DNA of 64,000 nucleotides from Nitrosopumilaceae archaeon (GTDB lineage Archaea; Thermoproteota; Nitrososphaeria; Nitrososphaerales; Nitrosopumilaceae): NCBI GenBank assembly GCA_965207375.1, contig OZ242274.1, positions 960,001 to 1,024,000 of the forward strand, read 5' to 3'. Shown piece by piece: positions 60,802 to 64,000 of this stretch (position 1 is its first letter; each line of letters starts with the position of its first letter). The notes under the pieces were generated by a model. It saw only the letters and a program-made list of their open reading frames with translations, ran no database searches and was not told where the DNA came from. The position numbers and the translations under genes were made by a program.

Positions 60802-62097
60802 ATGAACATGCTCTCAATTGGAGGCTCTGACCCCTCATCTGGGGCAGGAATACAAAGAGACGTAAAAACTGCAATGTCGCTAGGTGCTCACTGTTGTACT
60901 ATAATCACTGCAATTACAAGCCAAAATACCTCAAAATATGTAACATCTAGTCCTGTATCTGTAAAAACAATCAGGCATCAGTTTGAATCTATACTTTCAG
61001 ACTTTGAAATAGACGTAATAAAAATAGCAATGGTTTATGATTCAAAAACAATTCATACAATACATGATTTATTAAAATCACTGTCTGTTCCAATTATAGT
61101 TGATCCTGTAATACAATCAACTACTGGTGGAACGCTGTTAAAAAAAGATGCATTGACAGATTATAGGAAACAAATAATTTCTCTGGCACATGTTATTACG
61201 CCAAATCTGGTCGAATCAGAAATAATATCGGGCATAAAATTACATAAAAAATCAGACATTGAAAAAATAATGACAAAGATAACTGGTATGGGTGCAAAAA
61301 ACATCATAATTACCGGCATAGAAGAAAATGGAAAAATTGCAGATTTTGTAAAAACAAAACAGGGCATCTGCAAAGTTGTGGGCCAAAAAATCAAAACACA
61401 AAACCATGGAAGTGGATGTACATACGCCACTGCATTGGCAGTATCAATTTTTCGCAAAGGCGACATTTTAAAATCTGCAAAAAATGCCCAAGAATTTACC
61501 ATACGGGCAATTATTGGTGCCAAAAAAATCGGTAGAGGAGTTAAAATTACGAATCAGACACCAGATGATATCAGAAAAAAACTGTCATCAGGCATTGCAA
61601 AATTTATCCAGATAAAAAATATATCTTCTGTAATCCCAGAGTGCCAGACAAATTTTGTTTTTGCCAAAAATAATCCCGAATCTGTAGGCGACATACTAGG
61701 ATTGTCAGGAAGAATAGTAAAAGCAGGTGATGGCCTAATAGTTGCAGGAGAATTAGAATATGGCGGCTCCAAACACGTGGCAAATGCGGTATTACTAGTA
61801 AATAAAAAATTTCCCAAGGTTAGGGCAGCAGTAAACATAAAGTATGATCCAAAGATACTAACACTATTAAAGAACCAAAAAATGAAAATTCAAAACTATG
61901 ACAGAAATCAGGAACCAGAAAAAATCAAAGGTACAGAGAATATGACCATCAAATGGGGCGTACAATCTGCTATTTCACATAGTACAACAGCTCCGGATGT
62001 AATATTTCATACAGGTGACATTGGAAAGGAACCTATGATTTTGGTGTTTGGTTCCACGCCACAAAATGTAATAAAAAAAATTGCAGGTATTTTTTAA
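60802..62097 (+). CDS. thiDN: Bifunctional HMP/HMP-P kinase and thiamine-phosphate synthase ThiDN
   Basis: GSDPSSGAGIQ.D, VDPV, TPN..E and HGSGC; C-terminal IPECQTN...GGSKHVA...GKEPM. Confidence 0.92.
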   Translation: MNMLSIGGSDPSSGAGIQRDVKTAMSLGAHCCTIITAITSQNTSKYVTSSPVSVKTIRHQFESILSDFEIDVIKIAMVYDSKTIHTIHDLLKSLSVPIIVDPVIQSTTGGTLLKKDALTDYRKQIISLAHVITPNLVESEIISGIKLHKKSDIEKIMTKITGMGAKNIIITGIEENGKIADFVKTKQGICKVVGQKIKTQNHGSGCTYATALAVSIFRKGDILKSAKNAQEFTIRAIIGAKKIGRGVKITNQTPDDIRKKLSSGIAKFIQIKNISSVIPECQTNFVFAKNNPESVGDILGLSGRIVKAGDGLIVAGELEYGGSKHVANAVLLVNKKFPKVRAAVNIKYDPKILTLLKNQKMKIQNYDRNQEPEKIKGTENMTIKWGVQSAISHSTTAPDVIFHTGDIGKEPMILVFGSTPQNVIKKIAGIF

Positions 62098-62141
62098 GAT
62101 CTGGCTTTTAACATAAATACTCACAAAGGTGTACAGTCCGT

Positions 62142-62843
62142 ATGAAGACGGTAATTCTAGCAGGCGGATTAGGTACCCGACTTCAACCGTATACGACATT
62201 TATGCCAAAGCCGATGCTGCCATTGGGAGAAAAACCGCTTTTAGAGCATTTAATTGACTGGAATAAAAAAAACGGAATAAAATCCATTGTCTTGTGTGTA
62301 AGCTATTTGAGAAAGACAATACAGGATTATTTTGAGGACGGGGCAAATTTTGGAGTAAATGTAGAATATGCAGTGTCTCACAAACCATTGGCAACTGCCG
62401 GTCAACTCAAAACGGCTGAAGAATTTTTAGATGATGACTTTGTATGTATGTATGGAGATTCAATTTTTGATTTTAGTCTGCGCAACATGATAAAACAGCA
62501 CCAGAAAAACAGATCATTTGTCACCATGGGTCTATATCAATATACAACAAACATCCAGTATGGTGTAATTGAAACCTCTAAAACAGGCAAGGTTACTAGT
62601 TGGAATGAAAAGCCAGAAATTAAGGCAAACATCAACATGGGCTGTTACGTGATGAATCCAAAGGTTTTATCCTATATTCCAAAAAATATACCGTTTGGCA
62701 TGGACAGCGTTGTTAAAAAGGCAATTTCCAAGAAAAAAGCAATTGACAGCTATATTGCCAAAAAAGGATTCATAGACATTGGTGACAAGACATCCTACCG
62801 AAAGGCGTATCAGCTCTTTTACCAAAAATTGGGAAAGATCTGA
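62142..62843 (+). CDS. Sugar-phosphate nucleotidyltransferase
   Basis: LAGGLGTRL.P...PKPM, GD and EKP motifs. Confidence 0.9.
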   Translation: MKTVILAGGLGTRLQPYTTFMPKPMLPLGEKPLLEHLIDWNKKNGIKSIVLCVSYLRKTIQDYFEDGANFGVNVEYAVSHKPLATAGQLKTAEEFLDDDFVCMYGDSIFDFSLRNMIKQHQKNRSFVTMGLYQYTTNIQYGVIETSKTGKVTSWNEKPEIKANINMGCYVMNPKVLSYIPKNIPFGMDSVVKKAISKKKAIDSYIAKKGFIDIGDKTSYRKAYQLFYQKLGKI

Positions 62844-62845
62844 AG

Positions 62846-63280
62846 ATGTCAGATATTGTGATACGGGAAATTAAAAAAGACGATTTACAAAATGGATTCC
62901 TAGAATCAATAGATTCGTTAAGACAGGCAAGTGATCTAGATTCTGAGACTGCCAGAAAAATATTGGAAAATATTTTGTCAAATCCTGCACATATGATATT
63001 TGTTGCCGAATATGATGGAAAAATTGTAGGCTCTACAACGTTATTTATTGAACAAAAATTTATTCACAAGGGAGGACTAGTCGGCCACATTGAGGATGTG
63101 GTTGTGACAAAACAGTTACAGGGCAAAAATATAGGTGCCGAATTGATAAGACACTCTTTAAATTATGCCAAAAATCAGGGATGCTACAAAACTATTTTGG
63201 ATTGCACCGATGATGTCTTGGGATTTTATGAAAAGCTGGGATTTATCAGACACTCAAGCTGCATGAGATTTGATCATTAG
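62846..63280 (+). CDS. GNAT acetyltransferase, glucosamine-6-phosphate N-acetyltransferase (GNA1)-like
   Basis: IEQKFIHKGGLVGHIEDVVV, GCYKTILDC and FYEKLGF. Confidence 0.85.
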   Translation: MSDIVIREIKKDDLQNGFLESIDSLRQASDLDSETARKILENILSNPAHMIFVAEYDGKIVGSTTLFIEQKFIHKGGLVGHIEDVVVTKQLQGKNIGAELIRHSLNYAKNQGCYKTILDCTDDVLGFYEKLGFIRHSSCMRFDH

Positions 63281-63702
63281 AGATAGTCTTTTTTAATGCG
63301 TCTCTTTTTGACTCTAAACAATAGTACGCCAAATACCATGACTGGAATCGATACTGCCATAAACACAGGCGGTGCAACAATTACAGGAACAGTTAGAAAT
63401 TCTTCTTGCACGCGTTCCAAAAGGGATTGGGTCACTATCATGCCAATCAACAATGATGCACCACCTGCTAGAACCATGATACCAATGGGTCTTGAACCGT
63501 AGCGCCGTGACATTATATATGAAACTCCTGTAAGAATGATGGCAGGTGCCACGCCAATGGAAATAAACTGTAACAATTTTGGCTCTGGTTCAAACATTTC
63601 GGTTGCTGGATTTATCATAAAATTATAAACTGTAATCATTTCGCCTGCAAACATTACAAACAGGCCCAAGCTTGCAGCTGCAATGTATTTCTCTATTGCC
63701 AT
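63277..63702 (-). CDS. Membrane protein (4 TM)
   Basis: Four hydrophobic segments. Confidence 0.75.
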   Translation of the reverse strand: MAIEKYIAAASLGLFVMFAGEMITVYNFMINPATEMFEPEPKLLQFISIGVAPAIILTGVSYIMSRRYGSRPIGIMVLAGGASLLIGMIVTQSLLERVQEEFLTVPVIVAPPVFMAVSIPVMVFGVLLFRVKKRRIKKDYL

Positions 63703-63741
63703 TATTATACAGAAAAGGAATTGTTAAATAAACTAAAGGAA

Positions 63742-64000
63742 TCAGACAATGCCGACTAGCCCTGCAAGTTCCTTTCTGCACGATGCGCCCAATTTTTCAG
63801 CAGCCTCCTCTGGAGACACATCATTTAAGAAAATTCCATATCCTCGTTCTAGTCCAGACCATGGCTTTGTAATCGGATAGATTTCTATATGCCAATGAAT
63901 TTGACGACTGTTTTTCTTTTCAGGAGACAGGTGGAAAACTATGCTGTAGGGAACGTTTTTGATAGTTTTTGTCAAACCTCCAAGTGTGGCTCGCAAGATA
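63742..64000 (-). CDS. GalT-like uridylyltransferase (HIT superfamily), C-terminal part, runs off the window end
   Basis: HWHIEIYP...GLERG.G...N...PEEAA. Confidence 0.8.
   Translation of the reverse strand, partial: ILRATLGGLTKTIKNVPYSIVFHLSPEKKNSRQIHWHIEIYPITKPWSGLERGYGIFLNDVSPEEAAEKLGASCRKELAGLVGIV

Overview
Chromosomal window from an ammonia-oxidising archaeon, most likely Nitrosopumilaceae (Nitrososphaerota), judged from gene content and order, PEFG-CTERM and archaeal aro genes. The IS load and pseudogenes may point to a host-associated lineage (inference). Most of the window is housekeeping: translation and ribosome biogenesis, topoisomerase VI, RadA, RNA modification, pyrD/pyrK, a Grs-like radical SAM enzyme, futalosine genes, the archaeal shikimate/aromatic operon and thiamine genes. 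The accessory zone at about 34.8-49.1 kb follows tRNA-Ser(GCT). It holds a divergent TcmP/DUF5131 pair, a secreted coiled-coil/MORN-repeat protein and two inverted 1737-bp IS66 copies whose swapped 8-bp target duplications indicate inversion of 42147-47346. That inversion split an IS110-family element into two halves about 7 kb apart. Reassembling it gives an in-frame transposase of about 357 aa, sub-terminal inverted repeats and an upstream ncRNA (47113-47241). The two internal loops of this ncRNA match the element's own insertion site (16/16 nt) and donor junction, making it a candidate archaeal bridge/seek RNA with readable guides. No CRISPR array or rRNA was seen.
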